Positions 1 through 10,783 are shown, counted from the stretch's first letter. The stretch: DNA of 64,000 bases from an uncultured Clostridia bacterium (GCA_944358385.1 CALVQW010000005.1:486-64485), one strand, 5' to 3'. The notes: generated from the sequence alone by a model not told the origin. Numbers and translations are program-made.

Positions 1-138
1 CCTCTCCCCCTCCGCTATGCGCCGCGTTTTGCCGTGTTTAGGCGGGTGGAAGAGCCTTCCCGCCCCTGCAACGCCGCCGCTGTCATTTCATTTTTCTTGC
101 AGGATCATTAAATAATCATAACACGCTTTAAATTTACC

Positions 139-167
139 TTGCTTTTTTCTTTGTTCGGGCTTATATT
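139..167 (+). promoter_or_regulatory. putative sigma70 promoter of the two-component operon
   Basis: TTGCTT-17 bp-TATATT upstream of an AGGAGG RBS and the ATG at 238. Confidence 0.45.
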
Positions 168-237
168 GTGATTAGAACTTTAATATGAATTTAATCCGTT
201 TTTCGCGCGTGAGCGCGGGCGCGGTCAGGAGGATATC

Positions 238-909
238 ATGCGACTTCTCGTAGTGGAAGACGACGAAAAACTTGCGAAGATACTTTCCACATCTTTGAGC
301 GTCATCGGCGACGTGGACATCGCGCTCTCGGGAGAGAAGGCGTTGCAGGACGTGGAAAAGACCTATTACGATCTGGTCATACTCGATCTCATGCTCGGCA
401 AACTTTCTGGCATGGACGTGCTCCGGGAGATCAGGCGCACCTATCTCATGCCCATCATCGTGCTTTCCGCGCTCAGCGACATCGACAAGAAGATCGACTG
501 TTTCCGTCTGGGTGCGGACGACTATATGACCAAACCTTTCGCAAGGGAGGAACTCATGGCGAGGGTGGAGGCGTGTCTCAGGCGCACGGGCGGCAATTTC
601 AGCAGCACGCATTATAAGTTCCGCAACATGGAGGTCAACTACGTCAACAAGATGATGACGGTGGACGGCAACTATGTCCCGATGAACAGAAAGACTTATG
701 AGATCCTGGAGCTGCTGGTGCGCAACAAGGAGATCATCATGACCAAACAGCAGATCTTCGACCGCATCTGGGGCTACTATTCCACGACGGGGACTTCGGT
801 CATCGAAATAAACATCTTCCGTCTGCGCAAAATACTTGCGGAGTACGGGCTGGACGTCTGCCTGAAAACCATCAAGGCGACGGGATATATGTGGACGGAG
901 AAGATCTGA
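238..909 (+). CDS. OmpR/PhoB-family response regulator
   Basis: Receiver motifs LVVEDD, DLVILDLML, GADDYMTKPF; C-terminal winged helix (IFDRIWG...IFRLRK...GY); AGGAGG RBS. Confidence 0.95.
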   Translation: MRLLVVEDDEKLAKILSTSLSVIGDVDIALSGEKALQDVEKTYYDLVILDLMLGKLSGMDVLREIRRTYLMPIIVLSALSDIDKKIDCFRLGADDYMTKPFAREELMARVEACLRRTGGNFSSTHYKFRNMEVNYVNKMMTVDGNYVPMNRKTYEILELLVRNKEIIMTKQQIFDRIWGYYSTTGTSVIEINIFRLRKILAEYGLDVCLKTIKATGYMWTEKI

Positions 910-2159
910 TGGTGAGTGTTGATCGTGACATCAAAAAGAGGTGGATGGTCTTTGCGCTGGTCAACCTGCTGCTGGTCATCCTCATTTTCGGGGCGTTGAT
1001 CGCGGGGTTCGGCGCATACGTCGCTCTTGCACAGCGCGACGAGATCCGCGACGGCGTGCGCGCATATGCGAGCGACCTCGCATCCCTCGGCGTGGACGGC
1101 ATCCGCACCGCGATGACGGGCAATTCCGCCCTGGTCATGGACTCTCCGGAGTACCGCTTCGCGCTTTACACGGTGTCGGGCGGCAGTGTCATGATCGAGA
1201 CTGCGGACGAGTTCATCGAGCGCAACTCTCCCGTGCTCGGAGGAAGAGCGGGGGAGAATGCGAGAGAGACGGTGGGGGGACACGAGTTCGAGACCTACAC
1301 CGCGGCTGTCGCACCATCCGATCCCGGTGACGAGGCGAGATTTTACGTCAAGGTTTTCGCCTCCTGCGACAATCTTTCCGCCGCCATGGATCAGGTGTCC
1401 GTCTACTGCATCCCCTTTGCCATCGCGTTCATAGTGGCGGCGGTGGTGTTCAGTTTCGTGTGGGGCTACATCGCCATCAAGCCCATCATGACGGACTATG
1501 TGAAACAAAAGGATTTCATCAACGATATGTCTCATGAGATCCGCACCCCGCTCGCGGTCATCAAGGGCAATCTGGAAAACGTCCTCGCCTCTCCCGACGC
1601 TACGGTGAGGGAACAGGCGGAGATGCTCTATCAGAGTCTGGAAGAAGTGGACTATATGACGGACATCTCGTCGGGGCTTCTGAACATCGTGCGCGGCAAG
1701 AGCGCGGGACGGAGCAAGGAGACCAAGATGAGCGACGTCGTCTCGGAGACGGTGGATATGTTCGCGGATATGGCTACGATGGCGAACAAGGCTCTCATCG
1801 CCAACATAGAGTACTGCGACATCCCCGTGGACCGCGAGAAGATCAAACAGCTCGCGTCCGTCCTCATAGAAAACGCCGTGAAGTATACGCGCGAGGGGGA
1901 CAGGATCACCGTCCGCCTCAAAAACACCAAGGACGGCTGCGTCTTTACCGTGTCGGACACGGGCATAGGCGTCCCTAAGGCGGAGCAGGAGTCCATCTTC
2001 GACCGCTTCTACCGCGCCGAGAACGCCAAGGAAGTGCCGGGGACGGGGCTGGGGCTGTCCATCGCAAAAGCCATCGTGGAAGGGATGGGCGGGAGCATCA
2101 GAGCCTCCTCCAACATCCCCAGCGGGCTGGAGATCACCTGCGTGTTCAAGAGACAATGA
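909..2159 (+). CDS. membrane sensor histidine kinase
   Basis: Two TM segments, H-box SHEIRTPL, N-box ENAVKY, G1 DTGIG, F-box FDRFYR, G2 GTGLGL; TGATG overlap with the regulator stop. Confidence 0.95.
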   Translation: MVSVDRDIKKRWMVFALVNLLLVILIFGALIAGFGAYVALAQRDEIRDGVRAYASDLASLGVDGIRTAMTGNSALVMDSPEYRFALYTVSGGSVMIETADEFIERNSPVLGGRAGENARETVGGHEFETYTAAVAPSDPGDEARFYVKVFASCDNLSAAMDQVSVYCIPFAIAFIVAAVVFSFVWGYIAIKPIMTDYVKQKDFINDMSHEIRTPLAVIKGNLENVLASPDATVREQAEMLYQSLEEVDYMTDISSGLLNIVRGKSAGRSKETKMSDVVSETVDMFADMATMANKALIANIEYCDIPVDREKIKQLASVLIENAVKYTREGDRITVRLKNTKDGCVFTVSDTGIGVPKAEQESIFDRFYRAENAKEVPGTGLGLSIAKAIVEGMGGSIRASSNIPSGLEITCVFKRQ

Positions 2160-2240
2160 TCCCGCGCATCTGCGCAGGAAAGCGCGTTGACGTGTGCGAA
2201 ACGGTCGTTTAACGCCGTGTTATGCAAAAATAACGGGAAA

Positions 2241-5200
2241 ATGAGACGAATGGAAAAGAGGAAAAGCGCAACGGTATTCATCGTTCTCATCGCGGTGCTG
2301 TGTCTCACGGCGACGCTGTTTGCCGCATGCAACAAGTCCGACGAATTGCCCTCCTCCTCTCCCGTGACATGGGAGGATCATCTTGAAGAGGCGGCGGGAC
2401 GCATTGCGGAACACATCGCCATGAACGAGGGCAAGGTGAGCATCGTGTTCTCGGTGGAGGCGGCGGTGGACGATGGCAACTATTCGCTGCTTTTCGGGCT
2501 TAACTACGACCTTACCGCAAAGGAGAATTGCTGTCTCGTCATCGAGGTGACGGATGCCGACGCTTTGTCCGAGGCTGCCGAAAGCACGGCGGAGGAGGGG
2601 TTGATCTTCTCCCTCGTGTGCGATAACACCACGTCGTGGATAGACATCGCTCCGGGGCTTGCGCTCGCGGATGCGAGGATGAAGATAGAGAACCTCAACC
2701 TCTTCGACCTTCTGGGTGCGGTGTACAACGAGCAGAACGAGGAGGCGGGGATAGAGGCGTTTGCCGACATCGTTTACAACCTCGGCAGAGCATTCTTCGG
2801 CGGAGTCAGAGTGAGCGGCGACGGCAACACCTATCATTTCGCCGTCAACGAGAACTATAAGGAAGAAGGGGAGAGCTATTTCGCCGCCGTGACGGACGTG
2901 TTCGGAGAGGAAGTGTCCTCCGCACTGCTCGCCGCATTCGGCATAGAGGACGCGGCGGAACTTTTCTCCGTGCTGCCCGCGATGCGCGGCGAGGTCACCT
3001 TGTCCTTCTCGGAAGAAGGCATCGCCTTCTCCTCCGAAGGGCTGGTCATAGACGGCGGTGTGTCGGGGATCTCGGCGAAGTTCGAGACCTCTTATCAACT
3101 CAGCGATATGCTCACCGCAAAAGTCCCCGACGGGACGGAAGTGGGCTATATCACCACCAAGATAGGCAATGCTCACATGAGCGGCAAGGTGCAGCTTCTG
3201 AGCGGCGGCGGGACTCCGGTCTCCTATGATTACGTCCTCGACGCCAATCTCGACCTGCTCAAGCTGGCACTCAACGGCTACGATCTCACTTCGCTGGACG
3301 AGGACAACTATTTCCATCTGCGCGTCACGCACACCTGCACGGCGACATGCGGCGAGTTTTGCGAGAGCAGGTACGCCGCCGCCCGCGGCGCGGTGCTGGA
3401 CATCGCGTTTTCGCCCGCGGATTTCGGCTCATACAACGTCTATTTTTCGATAGCGTTGCAGGCTCTCATGCCCAAGGAGAGGGCGGAATGGCTCAACAGC
3501 GAGATGCGCACCCTTTTCACCTCCAATCTGCTACCGGAATACACCCTCATCACCTATCCTTATCAGCTTTTTGACGCGTCCTCTCCTGTATGCGAGATGC
3601 TCACGGTGCTTTATGCGGACAACATGTTCGCAACGGGGAGCATAGACGTGCCCGTGGATATGTCCGATCCCGTCCTGTCCGCGGTTTCCGCACTCATGGG
3701 CGAGGATTGGCTGGGCGGCGCGACGAGCATACGCATCGACATCAACGAAAACGTGTTCGGCATGGCGCAGTCCCACGACATCTATTCCGAGACCGTGTTC
3801 ATCATCGACAGCGGCATAGGCGACGTGAAGGATTACGCCCTGCACATCGCAAGTCTCGCTCTCTCGTGGGAGTGGGAGCAGCCCGCGACCGTCGCCGCCA
3901 CGGGTGAGAAACTCACGGGCATATATGCGGAGAACGGCACCATGCTGCACGGCGTGGACGGAGACGGCGGTTACGTCCCGATGAGCCGCGAGGAGATCAC
4001 GGGGATGCTCGGCGAATATTATATCCGCGCCACCCGCGTCAACCTTGACGGCACTGTCGCCGAAGTGCCATATTACGCGCGCGTCATAGATATAGACGAC
4101 GCGGATCTCGAAAGCAACGATGTGCAGACGGTCACCTTCACCGTAGAGTATCCCAACCCCGTTTCCGCGCTCGGCATCGCGGACTATTCGGACGGCGCGG
4201 CGTCCATGTTCTCCATGCAGGTGAGCGCGAACATAAAGCTCACCGACCGCACCACGGCGGAAGTGGTGTTCACTCCCCGCGTCAAAGAGGGGACGTCGTT
4301 GGAGATCATCTCCGCGGACACCACCACATCGGGGGTGTACAGCGGCCAGCGGTCCTCCGCGCCCGATTTCCTCTACGCCGACGCCGAAGTGCAGTACGAG
4401 GGCGGCTACAGGAAGAGTGCCACCGTCATAGGCAAGAGCGAGGCGGTGGGAGCGCGCGACGCGCTGTTTGCCACATATTATTACAGCAGAGCATGCGGCA
4501 CGGTGAAAGTGGAGTGGAGCTTCCTCGACGGCACTTACATCGGGCACTACGACATCATGAAGCCGGACGAGATCGAGTATGAGGTGATGGAGGAGAGCAT
4601 GCCCTCCCATAGCGTGGGAGAGACAGTGTATATGTCCACCATCACCAACCACGTCACTGCCTTGGCGCACTACAAGAACGCCGACGGCACCGTCCGCAAG
4701 ACCGTGGATCTCTATCTTGCCGCGGACAACATCTTCATCAACGACATCCCGCTCACGTCCTCCTCGTCCTATTGGCGGAGCGAGCAGATGCTGCTGGGCG
4801 GCACTTCCGTCACATTCACAACCCCCGCCACCTACGAGTGCTACATCGAAGTGTTCGGGGTGGAGAGCCGCACCTTCGCGCAGCGTGTGGAGGCTTATCT
4901 CGGTGAGCAGGCGACCTATACCTTCAATCAAACTTCCACCGATCCGGTGTTCTGGTTCGCGGGCAGGGACTATGAGTTCGAGGGGCGCATCGTCAACGCG
5001 ACTCACGGCATCAATTCCGATCCCGTCCGCCGCCTCACCGTCAGCGTGATCAAGAACTACGACGGCACGTATGGCAACCGTCCCATCGACATTTCCACCT
5101 CCGAGTGCGCGGTGTGGCTCAGCGAGTTCGAGGCGGACGCCCCCTTCACTGCGGGCGAGACGGGCGTGATGACGTCGGAGAGTTTCCCCGCGCTCATCGT

Positions 5201-5345
5201 GACGGGCATCGACCTCTCCTTTACCCTCAGGTTCAACGAGCCTGGCTACTACCGCGTGCGCCTGCAATTGGAAGGGGACGGCGGCTTCACGAAGTATTGG
5301 TATATCGCCGTTGCGGACGCCGACGCCACCAATGTCCTTCCGTGA
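2241..5345 (+). CDS. large lipoprotein of unknown function (distant paralog of the two downstream lipoproteins)
   Basis: Basic N-terminus, hydrophobic stretch and lipobox LFAAC; start may be 2241 or 2250; segment SGKVQLLSGG..YDYVLDANLDL resembles FDGTAELKD..YDIDVDIDLDI in the next protein. Confidence 0.85.
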   Translation: MRRMEKRKSATVFIVLIAVLCLTATLFAACNKSDELPSSSPVTWEDHLEEAAGRIAEHIAMNEGKVSIVFSVEAAVDDGNYSLLFGLNYDLTAKENCCLVIEVTDADALSEAAESTAEEGLIFSLVCDNTTSWIDIAPGLALADARMKIENLNLFDLLGAVYNEQNEEAGIEAFADIVYNLGRAFFGGVRVSGDGNTYHFAVNENYKEEGESYFAAVTDVFGEEVSSALLAAFGIEDAAELFSVLPAMRGEVTLSFSEEGIAFSSEGLVIDGGVSGISAKFETSYQLSDMLTAKVPDGTEVGYITTKIGNAHMSGKVQLLSGGGTPVSYDYVLDANLDLLKLALNGYDLTSLDEDNYFHLRVTHTCTATCGEFCESRYAAARGAVLDIAFSPADFGSYNVYFSIALQALMPKERAEWLNSEMRTLFTSNLLPEYTLITYPYQLFDASSPVCEMLTVLYADNMFATGSIDVPVDMSDPVLSAVSALMGEDWLGGATSIRIDINENVFGMAQSHDIYSETVFIIDSGIGDVKDYALHIASLALSWEWEQPATVAATGEKLTGIYAENGTMLHGVDGDGGYVPMSREEITGMLGEYYIRATRVNLDGTVAEVPYYARVIDIDDADLESNDVQTVTFTVEYPNPVSALGIADYSDGAASMFSMQVSANIKLTDRTTAEVVFTPRVKEGTSLEIISADTTTSGVYSGQRSSAPDFLYADAEVQYEGGYRKSATVIGKSEAVGARDALFATYYYSRACGTVKVEWSFLDGTYIGHYDIMKPDEIEYEVMEESMPSHSVGETVYMSTITNHVTALAHYKNADGTVRKTVDLYLAADNIFINDIPLTSSSSYWRSEQMLLGGTSVTFTTPATYECYIEVFGVESRTFAQRVEAYLGEQATYTFNQTSTDPVFWFAGRDYEFEGRIVNATHGINSDPVRRLTVSVIKNYDGTYGNRPIDISTSECAVWLSEFEADAPFTAGETGVMTSESFPALIVTGIDLSFTLRFNEPGYYRVRLQLEGDGGFTKYWYIAVADADATNVLP

Positions 5346-5384
5346 CGAGGGGACGTTTCCCGGCGGGAAGGGGACAAAGCTTAA

Positions 5385-5416
5385 AAAGGACGGCACTCTC
5401 ACGGGTGCCGTCCTTT
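5385..5416 (+). terminator. intrinsic terminator-like hairpin
   Basis: AAAGGACGGCAC / GTGCCGTCCTTT inverted repeat after the stop at 5345. Confidence 0.7.
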
Positions 5417-5918
5417 AATAATTATTAAAAAAACGAAGATACTATCCATATAAAATAAACGCGCGTGAGAGGCGGCGGGATGCGTCATCGGCGCGGGCGG
5501 GAAATGCGGGAAGCGGCCGGCAACAGGCAGAGCGAGAAAAATTTGTTTTAAGATAATTTAATTTCCCGTGTCCGCCCGCGGCGCACACTCACTTCACGTG
5601 AGCGGAGCGCGAATGCCAGCAAACAGTGGAGCAGGGGAGTGTCCGCGACAACTTAGCGAGGCGGGGGCAAAGGACGGGAAGGTACATTTCACTATCATTA
5701 AATATTTTTTACTGCACGATTTCAATACATATGTTGTTTAGGCGATTTGATGCGCAAATAGGCTTAATTTTTATGAAATGTTGGTGTAAGAAAGTAATTA
5801 TCTTTATTATCAAAGCCTCTCATTTAATTTTAATTTAATTTGAATGACAGGCAAAATAAATATACTGTCCTTAGGCATAAAGTATGCCCAAATACACATC
5901 AAAAAAAGGAGAAAATTT

Positions 5919-8900
5919 ATGAAGCGGAAATTGTTTCTGGCTCTCATCGCCGTTCTTGTGATCTGCCTCACCTGCGGTATGCTGCTCGTGGCGTGCAACA
6001 ACAAGGATGACAACGGCGGCGGTGGCGGCGGCGGCAACAATCCCGGCGGCGGTACAGTCGTTCCTCCCGTGACCGCAAAAGACATCATTACGGACGCGGC
6101 GGAGAAGTTTGACGCAGTCGCCAAAGACACCACCGGCGAGAAAGAGTTCAACCTCGGCATCGAGTTGGTCGCCGTCAACGAGAACGACGCCGTTAAATTC
6201 GCACTTGTCACCGAGACCATCGGAGGCAAGGATTACATCTACGGCTCCGTCAATGGCGGGGACATGATGGCGTTCAACGGCTTTGACCTCGGCGGCACCA
6301 TCGAGACCGTCCTCAGCTGGTTCGGCGGCAGCATCATGGGCATCGAGCTTACCCCCGATGGGTTCATGAGCGGCATCGTCGGTCTGGCACTTCCCGGCTT
6401 GGTTTCCTCTTATCAGGTTTCCGAGAACGGAGATGCCTACCAGTTCGTCATCAACCTTGAGAATGTCCTCAGCCTCGTCGTCGAGAACATTGACATTGAG
6501 GCGGAGATCGAAAAAGCCGGTCTCACCGACATCATGGGCACCGTTGCATCCGCCCTCAATTCCATGCTTGGGCTGGATGTCGCAAGTCCTGCCACGGTGA
6601 CGGGGGTGTTGAGAGCACTCGCCACCGACTACAAGATCAACATTTACTTCGGTTTCGGCGAGTATGCGGATAAGACTTCCGAGAGCGCGTCCGTCAAGCC
6701 CTTCGGCGACCTCGCCCTCAGCGACAAGGTCGTTGCGGCTCGTCCCACCGCGGACAAACCCGCCAAGAACCTCCTCAACTTCGCCTTCGACGGCACCGCC
6801 GAACTCAAAGACGCGGAAGGCACTGTGACCGGCAGATATGACATCGACGTTGACATCGACCTCGACATCTTCCCGCTCATCCCCGCTCTCCTCGACTGCG
6901 TCAAGGTGACCGTTGACGAGGAAACCGGCACCAGCACCCCCACCGGCTTTGTTGTCGACGACGCCAAACTCGAAGGCATCATCTCCGCCGTGAAAGAGAT
7001 GGGCTGCATCTCCATCGAGGTGAACGAACTCAACCTTGATGATAATTCTCTCAAGAAGAACATCCTCACCATTCACTCCAACTTTGAAGAAGGCAATGCG
7101 ATCGTTCAGCTTTACGGCGAGAGCATTCTCATCATAAGCGTGGGTGTGGGCGGCACTTACGACTTCGAAGCACTTGGTGACTATATCGTTGATATGGTCG
7201 GCGGTGCCGTGACTCAAGCCGAGGGCAGCACTTGTGAGCATGTTGACGAAAACGGAGACGGCATTTGCGACAAGTGCAACGAAAAGATGCCTCTTGACAT
7301 TATGGCACTCATCGGCGACATTCTCGCCCTGACCAACCTTAACACCGCCGACATCGAAGGCAGCCTTGCGAACATCAACGCAAACGGTTTCACCATCAAG
7401 ATGAGCGGTCTTATGGATGTCATCGACACAGTCATGGATGTGGATGCGGACGTTGCGCTCGGCATGACGCTCCGTGACCTTCTTCCCGATCTGTGGAAAG
7501 AGGCTGACACTCTGACCATCAAGGTCGAGACCGCTCTCGAAAACATCTACGGTACGGCGGTCAAGAAAGACACCGCTGAACTCTATGCGATGAATAGTTC
7601 TCCCTCCAAGGCACTCGTGAGCGAGATAACCTCCATCGAGGGGCTTCCCACCGACATTTTGGATGCCAGCGGCATCATCGCCGGTCTTGATCAGGCATAC
7701 ACGATGAAGGGCATCTCCATCGCCACCGGCGAAGAGGTCGAATTCAAGGGTTATATCGTCGGCGTAGCCGGTATCGATCCTGCAACGGCGGGCAAGCAGA
7801 CCGCAAGGTTGTATGTCGCTCCCGAAAATGTCGGCAGCAGCCTCATCGGCATGCTGGCAGGCACTCTTGACCTCTCCGCTTATCCCGTGTTCGGTCTCTA
7901 CGAATACGAAGTGGAAGTGAATGTTGTTGTCCCGACCGAAGACTCCGAAGTCACTCTCGAAGGCGTTGTGGGCGGCACTTATATCCCCGTGGCGAAGAAC
8001 ACTTCCGTGTGGTCTAACATTGCTACGAGCGATCCCATGTACTTTGTCGTTGACGGCAATGCCAAGACGGCAGTCACGTCCGATATGATGCAACTCTACA
8101 AAGAGGACGGCACTCTTATCCCCACGACGGACACCACCGTGTTTGACGCGAACGGCAACATCATCGCCGAAGGCAGATACGAAGTGCGCATCGTCAAAGG
8201 CAGCTTCACTTACTCCTTCGACATCCAGGTGATCGAGATCACGAGCAGCACCACCGCGACGTACTATCCTCTGGAAGGCACGCAGGAAAACATTTTGGAC
8301 GGAGTCAACCTCGGCGACACCATTCAGTGGGCGGGCATCGGCATCCAGATCGGCGACTACAAGTTCGACATGGTTCCCAACGGCTCCAACTTCGACTTCG
8401 CCACCATCAGTTCCGCCGTGGACGGCAACAACTACACGCTCGACAAGAACCTGAGCAACGCCGGCAACAAGTCTTTCTCTTGGAAGCTCAAGAGGAGCGA
8501 CAGCACTTCGACCAAATATTTTTCTAAGAGCATAGCTGTCTCCGCACCCGATGGTTACGCCGTGAAGTCGACCACTCTCTACTTCGGCAACACCATCGAC
8601 AAAGCGTTCACCAGCTTCACCGTGGCAGGTAAGGATTACACCATCTCCTATGAAAACGGCGCATGGGTCGCGAAGGATGCGGACGGCACCAAGCTCGTAG
8701 ACTTCTCCGCCACTTTCGAGTGGGGCAGCAGCGGCAGTGGCGATATGGTAACCGTGAATGCGGACGGCTATATCAGCAACTACACCAATGAGTATAAGAG
8801 CAGCACTCGTTACAAGTATGTGTATTACACTTTGACATTTGGTGAATGGTCTTATGCCGGCAGCTTCAATGCCTACGAACTGTACGCTTCCGACAAGACC

Positions 8901-9218
8901 AGCTCCTACTCGGCGCTCGAGATCGGTGAGAAACTTGACGGCTTCATCACCAATGCCAACAGGGTGCAGACCGGCTCCGCGTTCAAATGGGGCGCACAGG
9001 GCTACGGTATCTATGCAAGTGACGATACCCTCATCGTTGCCGTGACCGTCAAAGCGTATGATGCGGACGGCACCGATGTGACGGCAAACGTCATCGGCGC
9101 AGACGGCGGAATGCTCGTGGCGGGCACCTACAAGATCGAGTATGACCTGACCTACAACGGTGTCAACCAGAAATTCTTCCACAACGTTGCAGTAAATGCC
9201 CCCGCTGCGGAAGCGTAA
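5919..9218 (+). CDS. large surface lipoprotein (about 1100 aa) with beta-rich C-terminal domains
   Basis: AAGGAG RBS, signal peptide MKRKLFLALIAVLVICLTCGMLLVAC, poly-Gly linker, one CEHVDENGDGICDKC motif. Confidence 0.9.
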   Translation: MKRKLFLALIAVLVICLTCGMLLVACNNKDDNGGGGGGGNNPGGGTVVPPVTAKDIITDAAEKFDAVAKDTTGEKEFNLGIELVAVNENDAVKFALVTETIGGKDYIYGSVNGGDMMAFNGFDLGGTIETVLSWFGGSIMGIELTPDGFMSGIVGLALPGLVSSYQVSENGDAYQFVINLENVLSLVVENIDIEAEIEKAGLTDIMGTVASALNSMLGLDVASPATVTGVLRALATDYKINIYFGFGEYADKTSESASVKPFGDLALSDKVVAARPTADKPAKNLLNFAFDGTAELKDAEGTVTGRYDIDVDIDLDIFPLIPALLDCVKVTVDEETGTSTPTGFVVDDAKLEGIISAVKEMGCISIEVNELNLDDNSLKKNILTIHSNFEEGNAIVQLYGESILIISVGVGGTYDFEALGDYIVDMVGGAVTQAEGSTCEHVDENGDGICDKCNEKMPLDIMALIGDILALTNLNTADIEGSLANINANGFTIKMSGLMDVIDTVMDVDADVALGMTLRDLLPDLWKEADTLTIKVETALENIYGTAVKKDTAELYAMNSSPSKALVSEITSIEGLPTDILDASGIIAGLDQAYTMKGISIATGEEVEFKGYIVGVAGIDPATAGKQTARLYVAPENVGSSLIGMLAGTLDLSAYPVFGLYEYEVEVNVVVPTEDSEVTLEGVVGGTYIPVAKNTSVWSNIATSDPMYFVVDGNAKTAVTSDMMQLYKEDGTLIPTTDTTVFDANGNIIAEGRYEVRIVKGSFTYSFDIQVIEITSSTTATYYPLEGTQENILDGVNLGDTIQWAGIGIQIGDYKFDMVPNGSNFDFATISSAVDGNNYTLDKNLSNAGNKSFSWKLKRSDSTSTKYFSKSIAVSAPDGYAVKSTTLYFGNTIDKAFTSFTVAGKDYTISYENGAWVAKDADGTKLVDFSATFEWGSSGSGDMVTVNADGYISNYTNEYKSSTRYKYVYYTLTFGEWSYAGSFNAYELYASDKTSSYSALEIGEKLDGFITNANRVQTGSAFKWGAQGYGIYASDDTLIVAVTVKAYDADGTDVTANVIGADGGMLVAGTYKIEYDLTYNGVNQKFFHNVAVNAPAAEA
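6575..6857 (+). repeat. 283-bp internal segment of the lipoprotein gene, repeated in inverted orientation at 9351-9633
   Basis: Manual alignment: ungapped, about 17 mismatches in 283 bp. Confidence 0.95.
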
Positions 9219-9255
9219 GAAACGAAATCCGCTCGACAATAGCCGAAAGGCGACA

Positions 9256-9286
9256 CAAAAGCCCCCTCATTTCGAGGGGGCTTTTG
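9256..9286 (+). terminator. intrinsic terminator
   Basis: CAAAAGCCCCCTC / GAGGGGGCTTTTG hairpin after the lipoprotein stop. Confidence 0.8.
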
Positions 9287-9326
9287 CCGTGCCCGCGGGA
9301 GACGGGCATCGAGGAAGAGCATTAGA

Positions 9327-9633
9327 TCATGCTTGTTCTGCCGTGATCGTGATGTCAACGTCGATGTCATATCTGCCGACCACCTGATCATTCTCGTCTT
9401 TGAGTTCGGCGGTGCCGTCGAAGGCGAAGTTGAGGAGGTTCTTGGCGGGCTTTTCCGCGGTGAGACGAGCCGCAACGACCTTGTCGCTGAGGGCGAGGTC
9501 GCCGAAGGGTTTGACGGACGCGCTCTCGGAAGTCTTATCCGCATACTCGCCGAAACCGAAGTAAATGTTGATCTTATAGCCGGTGGCGAGTGCTCTCAAC
9601 ACCCCCGTCACCGTGGCAGGACTTGAGACATCC
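9327..9633 (-). pseudogene. promoterless inverted fragment (possible silent cassette) of the lipoprotein gene
   Basis: Translates to TGVLRALATGYKINIYFGFGEY...KDENDQVVGRYDIDVDI then ITAEQA*; no signal peptide or RBS. Confidence 0.85.
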
Positions 9634-9710
9634 CCGCCACCGACAAGATCCCCATTTTACATCAATGTTTAAGCGATATAAACCTCTGTTTTTGTCAAAA
9701 TCGCGGTTTT

Positions 9711-10298
9711 TCAGTCCTCGATCATGATCATCACGGAGCCTTGTTTCGCCTTGCAGAGGGGGCATTCCTGCCACGCCTCTTTCGCGGTCGCTTCATAGCC
9801 GCAGTCCGCGCATTTCCATTTCACTTTTTCCTTCTTTTTGTACATGGTGCCGTTCTTCATCTGCTCGTAGAGTTGGGAGAAAAGTTTGTGGTGGCAGGTC
9901 TCCACCTGTATGATGTTTTCGTAGAGCGCGGCGATCTCCGGGAAGCCTTCCTTTTTCGCGGTGGCGGCGAATTCCGGATAGATGCGAGTCGCCTCGTCAA
10001 GCTCGTCCTCCGCCGCTATGCGCAGGTTGTCGAGGAGATCCCACTTCTCCTTGAAAGGGTAGCCCGCCGAGATGTCGATGTTCTCCACCTGCTTCTCCTC
10101 GGACTGCTGGATGAAGGTGTAGAACATCCGCGCGTGGTTGAACTCGTTGTAGACCACTTTGTCTATGAGTTCGGCGAGATACTTGTAGCCGTTCATGCGC
10201 GCGCCGTATTCCAGAAATTCGTAGCGGGTGCGTGCCTGGCATTCGCCGGCGTAGGATCGGGCGAGATTGACGTAGGTTTTGCTGTCTTTGAGTTTCAT
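9711..10298 (-). CDS. rbr: rubrerythrin
   Basis: T..NLARSYAGECQARTRY, di-iron ExxH motifs (NEFNHA, VETCHH), C-terminal rubredoxin CADC...CPLC. Confidence 0.92.
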   Translation of the reverse strand: MKLKDSKTYVNLARSYAGECQARTRYEFLEYGARMNGYKYLAELIDKVVYNEFNHARMFYTFIQQSEEKQVENIDISAGYPFKEKWDLLDNLRIAAEDELDEATRIYPEFAATAKKEGFPEIAALYENIIQVETCHHKLFSQLYEQMKNGTMYKKKEKVKWKCADCGYEATAKEAWQECPLCKAKQGSVMIMIED

Positions 10299-10783
10299 AT
10301 GAGCCTCCGTTGTATGTTGTTTCGAAGATGATTATGCCCCTCGAAGGAGGGAATTATCCGCCCGTCCGTGAAGAAATGCGGGAAATGCGGTGAGGAGAAG
10401 GGGAGCGGGGAAGGGGAGAGGACAGGGCATGCCTCGCGTAAGCGGGAGACGCGGAGGGGCGCGCGAGGTGTCTCCGCATTAAAACGCGTGCCGTCCCGTG
10501 ACAGACGCGAAAACATCTTATCACCTTAAAATGCGCTGTCCTGCGGTCAACGGGAGCATTGGTCTGCCGCAATAAAACGCGCGTTGCGTTGCGGGCGGTG
10601 TTAGTATTGTGTGCGCGCGGGTGCGCGCCGCGTAATATTTATTTGTATTATAATTTAAATTTTATTTAATGTTTTTTAAAGATTTGTTGAGAAAACTCAA
10701 AATTTCGTGTCGGGAGCGGCTTTTTGTGTAGCGTGGAAACAGGTCTAGGAATGGGCTGAGTTTAGTATTATAAGGAGCAAATT

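Noticed and set aside
5871-9239. Very long antisense ORFs (also 3531-5402, 30335-32737, 49117-51105 and others)
   Set aside because: They mirror well-supported sense genes. GC-rich codon bias removes antisense stops, and they have no RBS or recognisable motifs.
9232-9262. c-di-GMP-I riboswitch-like string (GCCGAAAGGCGACACAAAAGC)
   Set aside because: Only a 3-bp stem, no second conserved arm, and it lies after a stop codon next to a terminator.
6575-9633. Repeat pair as a DGR template/variable repeat
   Set aside because: Mismatches are not adenine-specific, the target is mid-gene, and no reverse transcriptase is present.
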